Assembly: GCF_000143415.4 (NCBI RefSeq)
Contig: NW_003314461.1
Location: 22,756 to 72,714 of the forward strand
DNA length: 49,959 bases
From: Selaginella moellendorffii
Lineage: Eukaryota > Plantae > Lycopodiophyta
Direction of reading: 5' to 3'
The notes beneath the pieces are model-generated. The model saw only the letters and a list, made by a program, of their open reading frames with translations. It was not told the origin of the DNA and searched no databases. A program made the position numbers and the translations under genes. Below, one piece after another: positions 1 through 11,827 of the stretch; position 1 is the first letter of the stretch; each line of letters opens with the position of its first letter.

Positions 1-167
1 ACTAAAACGACGTAGAAGTAAGTTGGCTTATGTGTTCTAATTAATCACTAGTTACAGAGTAGATTTCCCATTCACTTGTAAAAAACAATGTTTACACACA
101 AGCAAAGCAAACACAAGAAAAACTATTTACTTGGATCCACCACACTCGTATAGACACACAAGTAATT

Positions 168-1088
168 TTAGATGGGAGCTACCTTGCTAAAGAGACGCAA
201 TATTCCAAACGTGACAAGCATTGCCATCCATCCTCCCAACACGACCCTTGCAATCGACTTTGGCAGCGGGCTCCCGCCCATCCACGCCCCAATCGCCCCG
301 AAAATGAAGAGCCCAGCGCTGGTTGACACCGCCAATGCGATCATCCGGAGCTTGAATCCCTCCACAAACGCCCCGGCAAGCAGGGGAATCATCCCCCCGG
401 AGGAAAACGCCGTCGCGGACGCGAGCGCTGCCTGGATAGGATTGGCGAGATCATCCACATCGATGCCGAGCTCCTCCCGCGCGTGGATTTTCACGGGATC
501 CTCCCGCGAGAGCTCCTCGGCGACCTGGCGCGCCAATCCATAGTGTAGCCCCCGCGTGACGTAGATCTGCGTGAGTTCCTCCAGCTCCTTGGCCACGGCC
601 TCGGGGCCCGACTGGAATTCCTTGCGCTCTTTCTCGATGTCGCTCAATTCGGTGTCGCGCTGCGAGGAGACGGAGACGTACTCACCGATCGCCATGCTGC
701 AAGCGCCCGCGACGAGGACCGCGATGCCGGCAAGCACCGCGGCGCCATTGCGAGCTCCGGTCATGGCGATCATGGATGAGGCGGTGGAGACGAGGCCATC
801 GTTGGCGCCCAGGACGAGAGCTCGCAGCCATGGCGCGCGGTGGGAGTAGTGGAAGTGGCCATTGGGGTGGAGGGGATCGACACCGGGATCGACTTGCGGC
901 GAGCGTGCTGGAGTTCGAATCGGGTGGCGGAATGGAGATGGGGAGTACCTTGGCGTGTGGAAGACTCCCGGGGAGAAGTGTGGCGATGCGCTCTCTGGAT
1001 CGTTTCTGCTGCGGAATGGCGACGTGATGAGCTCGGATTTTGGCACGGAATTGTCCACCTTGTGGAGATTGCGATGCTCCATCTTCAT
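168..1088 (-). CDS. Vacuolar iron transporter-like protein (VIT1/CCC1, nodulin-21-like), intronless
   Basis: Family motifs WLRALVLGANDGLVSTAS, AGACSMAIGEYVSVSSQRDTE, HAREELGI and NPIQAALASA. First real ATG is at 1088-1086 (the ORF track starts at a TTG); stop TAA at 170-168. Confidence 0.92.
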   Translation of the reverse strand: MKMEHRNLHKVDNSVPKSELITSPFRSRNDPESASPHFSPGVFHTPRYSPSPFRHPIRTPARSPQVDPGVDPLHPNGHFHYSHRAPWLRALVLGANDGLVSTASSMIAMTGARNGAAVLAGIAVLVAGACSMAIGEYVSVSSQRDTELSDIEKERKEFQSGPEAVAKELEELTQIYVTRGLHYGLARQVAEELSREDPVKIHAREELGIDVDDLANPIQAALASATAFSSGGMIPLLAGAFVEGFKLRMIALAVSTSAGLFIFGAIGAWMGGSPLPKSIARVVLGGWMAMLVTFGILRLFSKVAPI

Positions 1089-1183
1089 GGTAGGATTGAC
1101 GAGAAAAGAGAGAATGGCTTCGAAGATTTGCAAAATTTTTTGCAAAGAATGAGTGGGAGATTGGACTGGAAGAGATTTACGTG

Positions 1184-1189
1184 TTTATA
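1184..1189 (-). promoter_or_regulatory. Putative TATA box of the VIT-like gene
   Basis: TATAAA on the minus strand about 100 bp upstream of the ATG. Confidence 0.4.
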
Positions 1190-1243
1190 AAGCAAGCCAT
1201 GGGTGGGAGGAGAAATGACTATATGGTGTAGCTAAGTTCTAGT

Positions 1244-1919
1244 NNNNNNNNNNNNNNNNNNNNNNNNNNNNNNNNNNNNNNNNNNNNNNNNNNNNNNNNN
1301 NNNNNNNNNNNNNNNNNNNNNNNNNNNNNNNNNNNNNNNNNNNNNNNNNNNNNNNNNNNNNNNNNNNNNNNNNNNNNNNNNNNNNNNNNNNNNNNNNNNN
1401 NNNNNNNNNNNNNNNNNNNNNNNNNNNNNNNNNNNNNNNNNNNNNNNNNNNNNNNNNNNNNNNNNNNNNNNNNNNNNNNNNNNNNNNNNNNNNNNNNNNN
1501 NNNNNNNNNNNNNNNNNNNNNNNNNNNNNNNNNNNNNNNNNNNNNNNNNNNNNNNNNNNNNNNNNNNNNNNNNNNNNNNNNNNNNNNNNNNNNNNNNNNN
1601 NNNNNNNNNNNNNNNNNNNNNNNNNNNNNNNNNNNNNNNNNNNNNNNNNNNNNNNNNNNNNNNNNNNNNNNNNNNNNNNNNNNNNNNNNNNNNNNNNNNN
1701 NNNNNNNNNNNNNNNNNNNNNNNNNNNNNNNNNNNNNNNNNNNNNNNNNNNNNNNNNNNNNNNNNNNNNNNNNNNNNNNNNNNNNNNNNNNNNNNNNNNN
1801 NNNNNNNNNNNNNNNNNNNNNNNNNNNNNNNNNNNNNNNNNNNNNNNNNNNNNNNNNNNNNNNNNNNNNNNNNNNNNNNNNNNNNNNNNNNNNNNNNNNN
1901 NNNNNNNNNNNNNNNNNNN
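1244..1919. other. Assembly gap (N run)
   Basis: Run of n characters; it hides the 5' end of CASP. Confidence 0.99.
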
Positions 1920-1920
1920 A

Positions 1921-4522
1921 AAGCTTTTTGAAGCTCCTGATCCAGCTCCTCTACTCGAGCATGCTACTGTAAGTGTTTTTTTTTCCTTTTGCGTTTATGT
2001 CTAATGAAACAAGGCGATTTTTATCCGCGATTTAGACGTCGACGGCAAGAGTTTCGGAGCTGGAGTCGGAGAACAGGAAAATGCGGCAAGAGCTGGAAGA
2101 GTTTAGGACTGAAGCTGCTCATTTAAAGAACCAACAAGCCACATTGCGCAGGCTAGAGGAAAGGAACAGGCAGCTTGAGCTACAAGTGAGTCACTAACGT
2201 TTATAACGGCTTCTTATTATCTTGTGGAATCATTTTCAGATGGAAGAAAAGGTAAAGGAGCTTGTGGAAATGAAACAGCGCAATCTGGCCGAGGAGAACC
2301 AGAAGATTCTTGAAGTTCTCAAGGAAAGGTATGGTATTGGCGACGTAGTTTCTAGTATCTGACTCTATATGCATCACTTGCAGAGAAAGCTCTCTTCAGG
2401 AACAGTTACGGGCTGCGCACGATAGCGTGCAAAGTATGCAGCGGTTGCACGAGTTTGGACAGAGCCAGTTGTTTGAGCTCCGAGCACAATCTGGTTCGTG
2501 AGTTTTTCTACCTTGCCTATGCTGAATCTCTTGGTGTTTGCAGAGGAAGAGCGTGCAGCAAAACAAGCGGAACTTACTCTCTTAAGTGACGAGGTTGAAA
2601 GAGCTCAAAGCCGCTTATTAAGTCTTGAGCGAGAGAAGGTATGCCCACAGCGTTTATAACCCCGCCTACAGTTAACTTAATACTTATTAGGATCATTTAC
2701 GTTCTCAATTGCAAGCTGCTGGTAGCCAAGAAGAGGAACTCAAAACAAGGTGCTAGCCCTCTAGTCGATGCAAGCTTCATCTGTTTTATGATATGCTTAT
2801 TTGAGCAGGCAAGACATGGACACGAGTAACACGTTGGAAGCTTCTTTGGACGCAAAGGAAAAGATCATCTCCGAGCTGCATGCGGAACTTCGTAATTTGG
2901 AATCTGCACTTTCAAATCAGAAGAATGAACACATTGCAGAGATCAGAAAGCTAAATGCCTACATTCATGATAAGGTACCTGTTAAACTATGTCGTCATGG
3001 TTTATTTACGTGTGTTGCACTGGCAGGAAAACACGCTGCAAAATTTGCAAAAGGAACTTGCAGAGAGACCTACATCTAAACAGTTGGATGATCTTAGGAA
3101 GCAAGTGAAAATACTTCAGGTATTTGTTTAGTCTTCTGCACGTGAAACTTAAATGAGTCACATTTGTTAGGCGGTTGGATACAATTTAATCGAAACGGAA
3201 GACTGGGATGCTGCAGCGCAAGGACAAGAGATAAGTAAACTTGAAAGCTTACTATTGGACAAAAACCGGAAGCTGGAGCATGAACTTACACAAATCAAGG
3301 CATGTTCTCTGGATTGCAACTTGTTGACTTTTCCTTCTGACGATGTTTAACTAGGTACAACTTTCTGAAAGGAAAACTGCACAAGATACCGCTGAAGGAA
3401 AAAGCAAAGAGTTAGAGGCGGAGGTTGAACGGCAACGAAGGCTTATTTCAAAACTTGAAGAAGACATATTAAAGGTCTGACGTGCAAAGCATAAGCTCCT
3501 GATATTTTCTTTTTCTTTCAGGGTTACAATTCCACTGACAGAAGGGCGAACAAGATAGATGACTGGGACTTATCAGACTCAGGAATTACCGATCTTATTG
3601 AGGTAATGAGCTTTTAGTCCTCTGCCGCTGTCGCTTTTATTCATTTGTATACGGACAGCATGGGCACAACAGTCAAGCAGCGGGAAACCAGTTTCAAGAA
3701 CCAAACTCCATGCTGGAAGTAATCTGTAGCCAGCGTGATCGTTTCCGCCAAAGGCTAAGAGAATCAGAAGAGGTAGTTGTAATAGTATCATCTTAGTGTC
3801 CTTTACCATTTCTTTGCAGGAGCTAAGACAAACAAGGGATAAAAACGCTGTCCTTTTAACAGAATTAAACAAGTGCAAGGCGGACAACTTAAAGCTGTAT
3901 GAGAAAATACGTTATATTCAAGACTATACGAAGGAACGTCCTCTTTCTAGAGGAACCAAGAAGGTTTTCCATAATTTTTTACTCTTTTTTTGTCTAATGT
4001 TTACACGTAATTCAGAAAATCGATGATCTGGAAGGTGGCATGGTCTCAGATATTGAATCGAAGTACAAGAAAATTTACGAAGATGACATAAACCCTTTCG
4101 CTGCGTTTTCAAGAAAGGTAGCTATTCCATACTTAACATCTATTGTTGCTGATGTCTTGATTTGGAAAGGAAAAAGAACGGAAGTACAAAGACCTGGGGA
4201 TTAGAGACAAAATTACGCTTTTAAGCGGACGCTTCTTGCTCGGAAATAAGTAAGTCATCTGCGCTGAAACATTTTTCATTCATCCCCTTCTTCAGATACG
4301 CCCGGACGTTTGTTTTCTTCTATTCTATCGGACTGCACTTGCTTGTTTTTGCAAGTCTATACAAGTTTTCATCAGTCAGCTATCACAAGTAAGCGGTTCA
4401 AAATGTATATCTAATCTAACTGTCATTCTCTGGTTTGTAGTGTTACCAAAGATGCAAGCTTTAGAACCGAAATGTTAAAGAACGCATCCCAATTGTCCTC
4501 CCCAGATAACCCCCTACAGTAG
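1921..4522 (+). CDS. CASP: Golgin CASP (CDP alternatively spliced product homolog), multi-exon, 5'-partial
   Basis: Spliced exons give KLFEAPDP, ELESENRKMRQELEEFRTEAAHLKNQQATLRRLEERNRQLE, KADNLKLYEKIRYIQDY, and a C-terminal TM segment YARTFVFFYSIGLHLLVF. Many ~50-65 bp introns; stop TAG at 4520-4522. Confidence 0.92.
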
Positions 4523-4784
4523 TAGACTTCTCGGTTTGTAAATAACGGGTAAGTGTTTGCAGTCTTAAAAGTCAACTTACTAATACTTGCCTTTCAATCT
4601 ACAACTCAGTTCTTCCAAATCTTGACGATGTTCTCCTGCTTCGATAGCAAGCCAAAGGTGCCTCAAAGCTAAGTGTCTGAATTAGTTCGACATACTTATG
4701 TTTTTTTTTTCCTTTTTGTTCAGCATATTAAGTACTGCCGTATGCTATACTCTAGAGAGCTCATTTGTTTCAGAAGAGGCCGCA

Positions 4785-6119
4785 ATGAGCTCCGAATCTC
4801 CGAAGTCGGTCGATGGTGTCAAGAGCCGCATTGCTCCATATGGCCTGTGGTTGCTGATTGCGCTTGTGGCTACGAATCTCTTGACGCTCTACACTTTTGC
4901 TATTCATCCGGCAAGCGGATCTGAGCTGTTCTACTCGGGAAGCAGAGATACTAGTCATTCAGTCGCGAAGCTCAACGAGGCACTGGACAATCTCGAGGTA
5001 ACCCAGAGAGAACTTCTTCGAGTGAAGCAGGAGTTAAGTGAGTCCTTATCTCTCCTGGACGCACTGTCCAGAGGCAAAGCAGCAGGGGACAGGCCTAGAG
5101 ATGGAGATGACTGCCAGTGCTTTATATCCAAAAAAGACGACTTTCCACGAGCAGATGAGTTTCAGAAGCTGGTCACTCCACAGATGCTCCCTCTGGGATT
5201 TAGCTCGCAGCTCAAGACCGACGCTCTTACGTCTCCAGTCGGGCACGCCTGCCTGATGCACAAGGAAGATCTGGAAGAGTACATGCAGTACAAAGCTGGG
5301 GAGCTTTGCCCCGACGACGAATCTCTCACTCAGAAGCTGCTAACAGGTGGCTGTGAGCCTCTTCCTCGAAGGAGATGCTTCGCTAGATTGCCTGCCGGCT
5401 ATAAGGAGCCCTTCCCTGTGCCAAAGTCGTTTTGGACTTCTCCACCCGACGAGAACATCATCTGGACCGCCTACACTTGCAAGAGCTTCGAGTGCCTCAA
5501 TGCCAGGAAGAAAAAGCGTATTTTCGCCGACTGCCTCGACTGCTTCGATCTTGAAGGCAGGGAATCCGAGCGCTGGGCTGGAAGTGCTACTGCTGGTGGT
5601 GGCCTGGATCTCTCGATCGAAGAGGTGCTATCGTTCAAGCCCGGGGGCTCCATCCGGATCGGTCTGGACATTGGCGGGGGCAGCGGCACGTTTGCAGTGA
5701 GGATGCGAGAGCACAACGTGACCATCGTCACCACGACGCTCAACTTCGACGGGCCTTTCAACAGCTTCATCTCTCTTCGAGGCGTGATCCCGCTCTACCT
5801 CACGGTCTCGCAGCGCTTCCCCTTCTTCGACAACACTCTAGACATCGTCCACTCGATGCACGTCCTCAGCAACTGGATCCCGCTGGGGATGCTCGACTTC
5901 ATACTGTTCGACATCGATCGGATCCTCAGGCCCGGGGGGATCCTCTGGCTGGATCACTTCTTTTGCATCGAGAACCAGCTCAACGAGGTTTACATCCCCA
6001 TGATCGAGAGGCTGGGCTACAAGAAGCTGCGGTGGACCGTGGGGAAGAAGCTGGATCGTGGGCCGGAGCTCATGGAGAGATATCTTACTGCCGTGTTGGA
6101 GAAGCCATTTACCAGGTAG
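4785..6119 (+). CDS. Type II membrane SAM-dependent methyltransferase (Methyltransf_29/DUF248-related)
   Basis: N-terminal TM helix and coiled coil, GCEPLPRRRC, motif I IGLDIGGGSGTFA, PFFDNTLDIVHS, DIDRILRPGG. Likely start is MSSESPK at 4785; the upstream ATG at 4698 lies in T-rich, intron-like sequence. Confidence 0.9.
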   Translation: MSSESPKSVDGVKSRIAPYGLWLLIALVATNLLTLYTFAIHPASGSELFYSGSRDTSHSVAKLNEALDNLEVTQRELLRVKQELSESLSLLDALSRGKAAGDRPRDGDDCQCFISKKDDFPRADEFQKLVTPQMLPLGFSSQLKTDALTSPVGHACLMHKEDLEEYMQYKAGELCPDDESLTQKLLTGGCEPLPRRRCFARLPAGYKEPFPVPKSFWTSPPDENIIWTAYTCKSFECLNARKKKRIFADCLDCFDLEGRESERWAGSATAGGGLDLSIEEVLSFKPGGSIRIGLDIGGGSGTFAVRMREHNVTIVTTTLNFDGPFNSFISLRGVIPLYLTVSQRFPFFDNTLDIVHSMHVLSNWIPLGMLDFILFDIDRILRPGGILWLDHFFCIENQLNEVYIPMIERLGYKKLRWTVGKKLDRGPELMERYLTAVLEKPFTR

Positions 6120-6425
6120 AAAAAAAATGCTAGATGCTATCTGTCACCGAGTGTGCACGATGTGATTTGAAAGCCAGACAGTTTTGAAACGTCCAGACAA
6201 GCTTTTCGTTAAAGTCAAGAGGTCTCCAACTTCAGTATTGTCAGGACAATTGGATTAAAAACTTCTGTGATATATGAGAATTTACTAAGAAAATTATTAT
6301 GAATTAAAAGTTTTAAATCTTTAAAATATTAGAAAATTTTAAAGCAAAAGAGAGTGTAAGCATCAAGAATTCCTTTTGTTACTTAATCCTTATATCACTT
6401 TGCTGATGTGATTGGCAGACCATAC

Positions 6426-6985
6426 GGTGACTTCATTTAGACAGCGTGATAGCCAAGTATATATGCAATGCCAATCGTTGATAAATGATGTAGCTATAAG
6501 AACATCCTTGGAGAAACCAAGAACGATAAATTTACCGTAGCCTTTGCGGCCTAATTTTTCTTGCACCTTCAATGCATGACACACAAATGGTCTCATGAAC
6601 AAAAGCAATCCCGGAAAGGAAGTGAGACAGTAGAAAAGAACGCATCTCTTTCAGAACAGACGTGAGAAATATCACAGCAGAGAATTGCAGAAGCTCCAGT
6701 ATGTCTCAGAATTGGATAACAGCATCAGCATTTGGAAGCTAGAGCAGAAATCCAAGGAATTAATTCAAACAATGTAGATAAAAGAAGATTAAGGAGCTCG
6801 CTCCAGTATTACCAGGTAATGCAATGCATCAGGAGGTAAACGAGGCAATTACGAAGCACATGAGGAACATAGAGGACTGCCGCAGGGAATATCATCTTGC
6901 AAATAAATTTCCTCCACCACAATCAAGATCACCTTGGATTGCCTCTTGAACTTGCAAAGAATCTGCCTGAGCACCAAGGCATTTA
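6426..6985 (-). pseudogene. Spliced N-terminal fragment (CR3 + PIN start) of a DIS3/RRP44/DIS3L-family exoribonuclease
   Basis: Three exons: ~6985-6813 (KVILIVVEEIYLQDDIPCGSPLCSSC...HYL), 6738-6646 (LPNADAVIQF*DILELLQFSAVIFLTSVLKE) and 6566-6426 (VQEKLGRKGYGKF...FINDWH). In-frame stops at 6849-6851 and 6706-6708; the second donor appears mutated to AT. Confidence 0.6.
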
Positions 6986-7999
6986 GGATGATAATAAATC
7001 GTGGTGGCACACAACAGCCCACTGACGTGGTTTCTCCAAATTTAACTATATGGAACACCCCAGTGATATAAATAGGACTTCCAATATGAAAAAACTATAT
7101 AAATTACATTATCTAGTTTGGCATATAGTTTTATCGTATGAGGTTTGAAATAATTTTTTAATGATTTTTATAATAGTGCTTTATCTGGATTTAGATATAT
7201 ATTTTTTATATAGTTTATGTATTAGTGTGACAAATACTTTTTAGTATAGTGTCTTACTTTGTTTTTTCATCAAATGCTATATGATTTTTCAAATGATAAA
7301 ATATCTAGGATTTTATTTAGTTTTTGAAAAATAAATACATATGTGTTTAAGATATAGTTAGTTATATAGTCAATTATTAAATTCACTATGTCGTTTAGAA
7401 AAATAATTTTCTTTAATTTTACATATATTTATGATTTGATTTAGCTATATAGTTTTTACATGTTTCCATATATCTCATAAAATATTTCAATGTTTTGAAT
7501 AATTAACATACTCTCATTTCAGGTTTTTATCACCTATATTCCTATCACCAAATGCCCAACATTTAAAGCATGTCTAGCAAGATACTTTAAATTTTCTTAT
7601 ATTTTGGTTTTTATTTCGCAAGGTAGTTGGTAGAACTTGTCTTTCATCTTGTAAAACTATTTAATATTGTGAAGGGTAACTTCCTTTTCAATGAGTAGCT
7701 TGAGGATTCCTTTTAAAATATTTATGTCTAAATTTTTAAATTTGGCCTCACACAAGAACCAAATTAATCATACATATTACTAGCTTAAATGAAAATTAAA
7801 ATACCTATTTCATCTTTTATAAAGTGTTTAGGCTTGTTTATAGAGGCTTCAAAGTTACCATTCTTTGTTTGCATTCTTCTACAATAAAAATTAGCTTAGA
7901 ACATATTTAAATATGTTAGAAAGTCTTTATTCACCTCATCTTATACTACAAGGTAGGTTGTTGAGGCTTTTGAATGACACTAGCCTTAGTATTAACATC

Positions 8000-10900
8000 A
8001 CTTTCTAGAGCTTTGAATTTATAGAGAAACTATATAGTAAAATATTTAAAACCATACAATAATCTATCTCTAGAAGGGCTTTCAACAATGGGGAGAACAT
8101 TCTCTCATGCTTTGAAATTTAGCTCAAAACATGAACTTTTTGCCCTAGAATATGGGGAAGAAGGGGAATATACCCCTGCGCTCATGCCCCTTAAAAGTGG
8201 AATATTCCAGGGAATCTCACTTAAAGCTCTAAGCCATCTCCTAACAGGTGACCATAAGGAAAAGTCTGGAGTTCTAGATCAAGGGGAAATCACATGGGAA
8301 AACTTAACAAAAGAACTAGACACTAAAACAAAAGGAGACAAAAGTGGAGAAAAGAAAAATGAAAATAAAATAAATAAAAGAAAAAAAAACAAAGGAAAAA
8401 AATAAACGAGAAGGTGGAAACATAAAATTAAGTCGAAAAACCACTTACCTAGACTCTAACTTAAAGCCTCTTCACCTCTAAAAAGTGCCTCAAACATAGC
8501 TCAATTACTCTCAAAGTTCCAAGGGAATGAAGTAATGTAAGTGAATGTGTTACCTGAGAATAGTCACTTCAAGAATGATGGAAGACAACAGTCTAGCAGA
8601 TGAATGGTAGAATATAGTGATGGCTAATTTTAATGGAGTGATTATGGAGGGGATCTGGTAGCTTGTGAATATAGTCAAAATGGTTAGCAGTATGTGTGCT
8701 TGTCGTAGAAGAAGGAAATGCTCACAGTCTTTGAGGGCATCTACTACTAGAGGAATGTGGGATTGGGTCATGCCTAGTCTCTTGTGTGCATCAAGTCCAA
8801 ATGGCTCTCAAAAATTAATTGCTAAGTGTCTTGGATTTGCCCGTACTTGTGCATTGAGATAATTTTTGTTATATCTTGAGTTTGGCACTTTAGATTTTGC
8901 TGCTCCTGGTGTGTCTACTAGGGATCTCTAAAATCATGTATGCATGGTGAGAAAAGTGAAGAAATGTGGATTAGGCAATTGTAGTGAGTGGTAAATAGTG
9001 GTGTAGCAAGTAGAGGAATGAATATATTGTGACTGTGAGTGATAAAGAGTGATGTTGATGATAGATGGAGTAAAATCATATGAAAAAAACTTAGGAACCG
9101 TGAGTAGCAAACCATGAAATGGATAAGCTCTCAAACAAGAAGAGTTGATGCAGCTTCAAGGTGAAAGCTCAGGCTCATGTTTGCTCCACCTATAGGATCA
9201 TGTCCTAGAAGAGAGAAGAAAAGAGGTGAAAGAAAAGAAAAAGAAAGAAAAAACAAGGGATAAAAAGAATAATAGAAAAGAAGTTATTGCAAAGATGTGT
9301 CCATGAAGCTTCAAACTGTTGTACATAGTATGGAAGGAAGTGTCTCTAAAGTAGTGAACTCAATCCAAAGCACTCATAAGAATCTGGTAGGTAAATGAAG
9401 TGTTGGTGGCCATAAAGATGCCATGATCACTGTGGGTGATGCCACCACTAGTATCTTGTGGCTGAAGAGGTCCAATGTGACATCCCAAGGCTGGAAAAGC
9501 TTTGGAAAAGAGCTGGGTTGGTGGTGGAGAAAAGGTGCTACTCTCACCACTTTTGGTTGATAAATAATTTGCAAGTTTTTGGCCTGTATGCACCTCATCC
9601 ATTTATTGTATTAGAGTGTTGTGGACCATGATGGAGGGTTAGAGAAGGTGTAAAGAAAAAGTCATAGCTGAAAATAGCCTCTAAGTCATTACAAATGTGT
9701 TCTCATCATTGCTTATAAGGTCACATAGTAAAGTATATGTGCTTTGGAGACTTTTCTGTAAAGGCACAATTAGTACAACATCACAAAATGTTGGGTCAAT
9801 CTCAAGTGAAGTGGCCTCATCTAGTGGCCAAGGCTGCATCTCTACCTCATTTGGATGGGCTTTGTTCTCCACAAGCTTAGAAGCTATTGTTTTTACTTGA
9901 AAACTCATGTGAAGTTTGCTCTTGTTGATAGAGTTGTGTGGAATCTCTGAGCCAAGAAAAATTGGATTTAACACTTCTAGTTGTGTGAGAAAGTATTGTA
10001 AAGTGTCCTCTTGTGTCCTTGTAATAGGATCTGTCTCAAGAAAGTCATTCTCCACAAAAATTGTGTTCTCCTCCAAGTTAGGCATTTATGGAATCTCAAG
10101 AATCTTGTTTGAATCTTTTGCCTCCTTGATCTTGAGTGAGTATGGTGATGTGGAGTAGATGGAGGAGAAGGCAAGGGACAAGGTTGTCCAGTCTGTATGC
10201 AAAAAATTGATCATATTGCATCATAAAGACTAAAATTCCATTATTATGTTGGCAATTGACAAAGAAGCAATATATTGTTGTGGAGAGGAACTTGATGGCA
10301 CTATTTTTTATTTTAACATTGCTACTGAGAGTTTATGTGTTTCTTTAAGGGTATAAACTTTTTTATTGATTTTCTTGTCTCAAGTGGTGAGTTGTGTGTT
10401 CAGGAGGTTAAACCATGTAAATTTTTTATTTATCTTGTGGTGTTTGAAGTATTTTATACTAGGAGGTCGTTTTCCAAGCTTTAAATACTTTTTTTTTAAT
10501 TTTCCCATTTTTGCCTTGATAAAAATTCCTCTTCCAATGCTTTTTTTATCCACTTTTTCTTCTTCTACAATATTTTCTCCTCATATTTCTCACTTTCTCC
10601 TTTTTTCTGATGCTTCAAACTTTTTTTTCTTCTTTAGAGGGGGTAAAAGGGATAGATAGGAGTCCAACTCCAAAGATAAAGTGAGGACAAATAGATATAG
10701 TAGTGAAGCAAAGATGAATAATATAAATTGTGGAGTGAGGACTAACATAGCAAGTTTAAACAGAATATTTAACCCTAACATAATGAGGCTGAATAAATGT
10801 AGTAGTGGAGTGAGACCTAACATAAATGACAAAGTCCTAATGGAACTGGTGCATTAAAACTTTTCTTCCTTCAAGGAAGGGAATATAGGATATAGAGGAC
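8000..10900 (-). mobile_element. Heavily decayed, unidentified repeat/TE-like region with broken minus-strand ORFs
   Basis: AT-biased and CpG-depleted, with ORF remnants (9360-9602, 9681-10085) and degenerate GTGGAGTGAGG-like repeats at ~10660-10830; no diagnostic domain recognised. Confidence 0.35.
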
Positions 10901-10997
10901 AAATAGAGTGATTTTGACTTCCTATATATAGTGTTAGATGAGGATGAAGGTTAGGAGGGTCAGTTAATATGGGTCTTGGATGTTGACCAAAGAGAAG

Positions 10998-11257
10998 TGT
11001 CAACTTTTGAATTTGAACTACCCAAGAAATCATTACTCAAATTTAAGGACATTTAACCTAAGTATCCCAAAACCCTTAACGCATTGGAAGGTACATTTAT
11101 ATTTATGGGCACTTTCCTTTTATATTTAAACCTTTATAGATTGTCTTTCGAGTTATTTTCTTTAATTGTTTACAATCCACTACACTTTTCTACAATTTCA
11201 TGCCCTTGTAAACAAAAGTTGAGAGTCATAGCTCTTCCAAGAGTGCTTTTTTGACAC
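10998..11257 (-). mobile_element. Degenerate, truncated Cassandra-type TRIM (one LTR plus part of the internal region)
   Basis: Colinear with 31514-31775 (...aaggacatttaacc...gtttacaatccac...gttgagag...ttgacac); stops where the element A LTR begins. Confidence 0.7.
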
Positions 11258-11827
11258 TTGTCCCAAATATGATTTCAAGTATCGAAATATACTTGTCAAC
11301 TAATCTTTATAGACATTTTCTCCTTACTGCCATAATGGTAAAAGATTTATACAATTAGATTCCTTTATCAATCCCTCTTGTGCTAGTGAAGGTAATTGGA
11401 TATCTAGAGTGTACTTAGACTAGACAAGTATAAAGATGGAATTCTTATGTGCTATTAGCTAAGTATACTTAGCTCAATAAGAAGTTCCCATTTTATTGTA
11501 TCTTATATTGGCTAGTGATAAAAACCCTTACATATTGAGTGTAATCCCTCAATATCATTATATAGTATTGTACCATATTACCCAAGCCTATGTATTGGTT
11601 CTGTTTCGGTTCCATATATTATTTATGATAAATGTTTAGATCTACTCAAGAGGCATATCTACAAAATATAGAGAGTGTCTTGAACCCTATGGTGTTCTTC
11701 TTGTGGCCTAATTTGCAATCTAGCACCATTCCATTCCATATTTAGTAAGTTTTCATGTTTGTCCAAAGACTAACTTGTAAGACTAGGGTGAAAGCCCAAA
11801 GCATGCATTTCGTAAGGGGGGAGGGGG

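Noticed and set aside
1089-1145. N-terminal extensions in the ORF track for VIT, both OMTs and the REase-like gene
   Set aside because: They begin at TTG/GTG codons, which are not standard eukaryotic starts; downstream ATGs were used instead
172-1190. Plus-strand ORFs antisense to VIT, and similar ORFs antisense to the OMTs and glucosidase
   Set aside because: Shadow ORFs of GC-rich coding sequence
9560-9602. DEVH helicase or hAT 'HTG' motif
   Set aside because: Isolated short match with no supporting motifs
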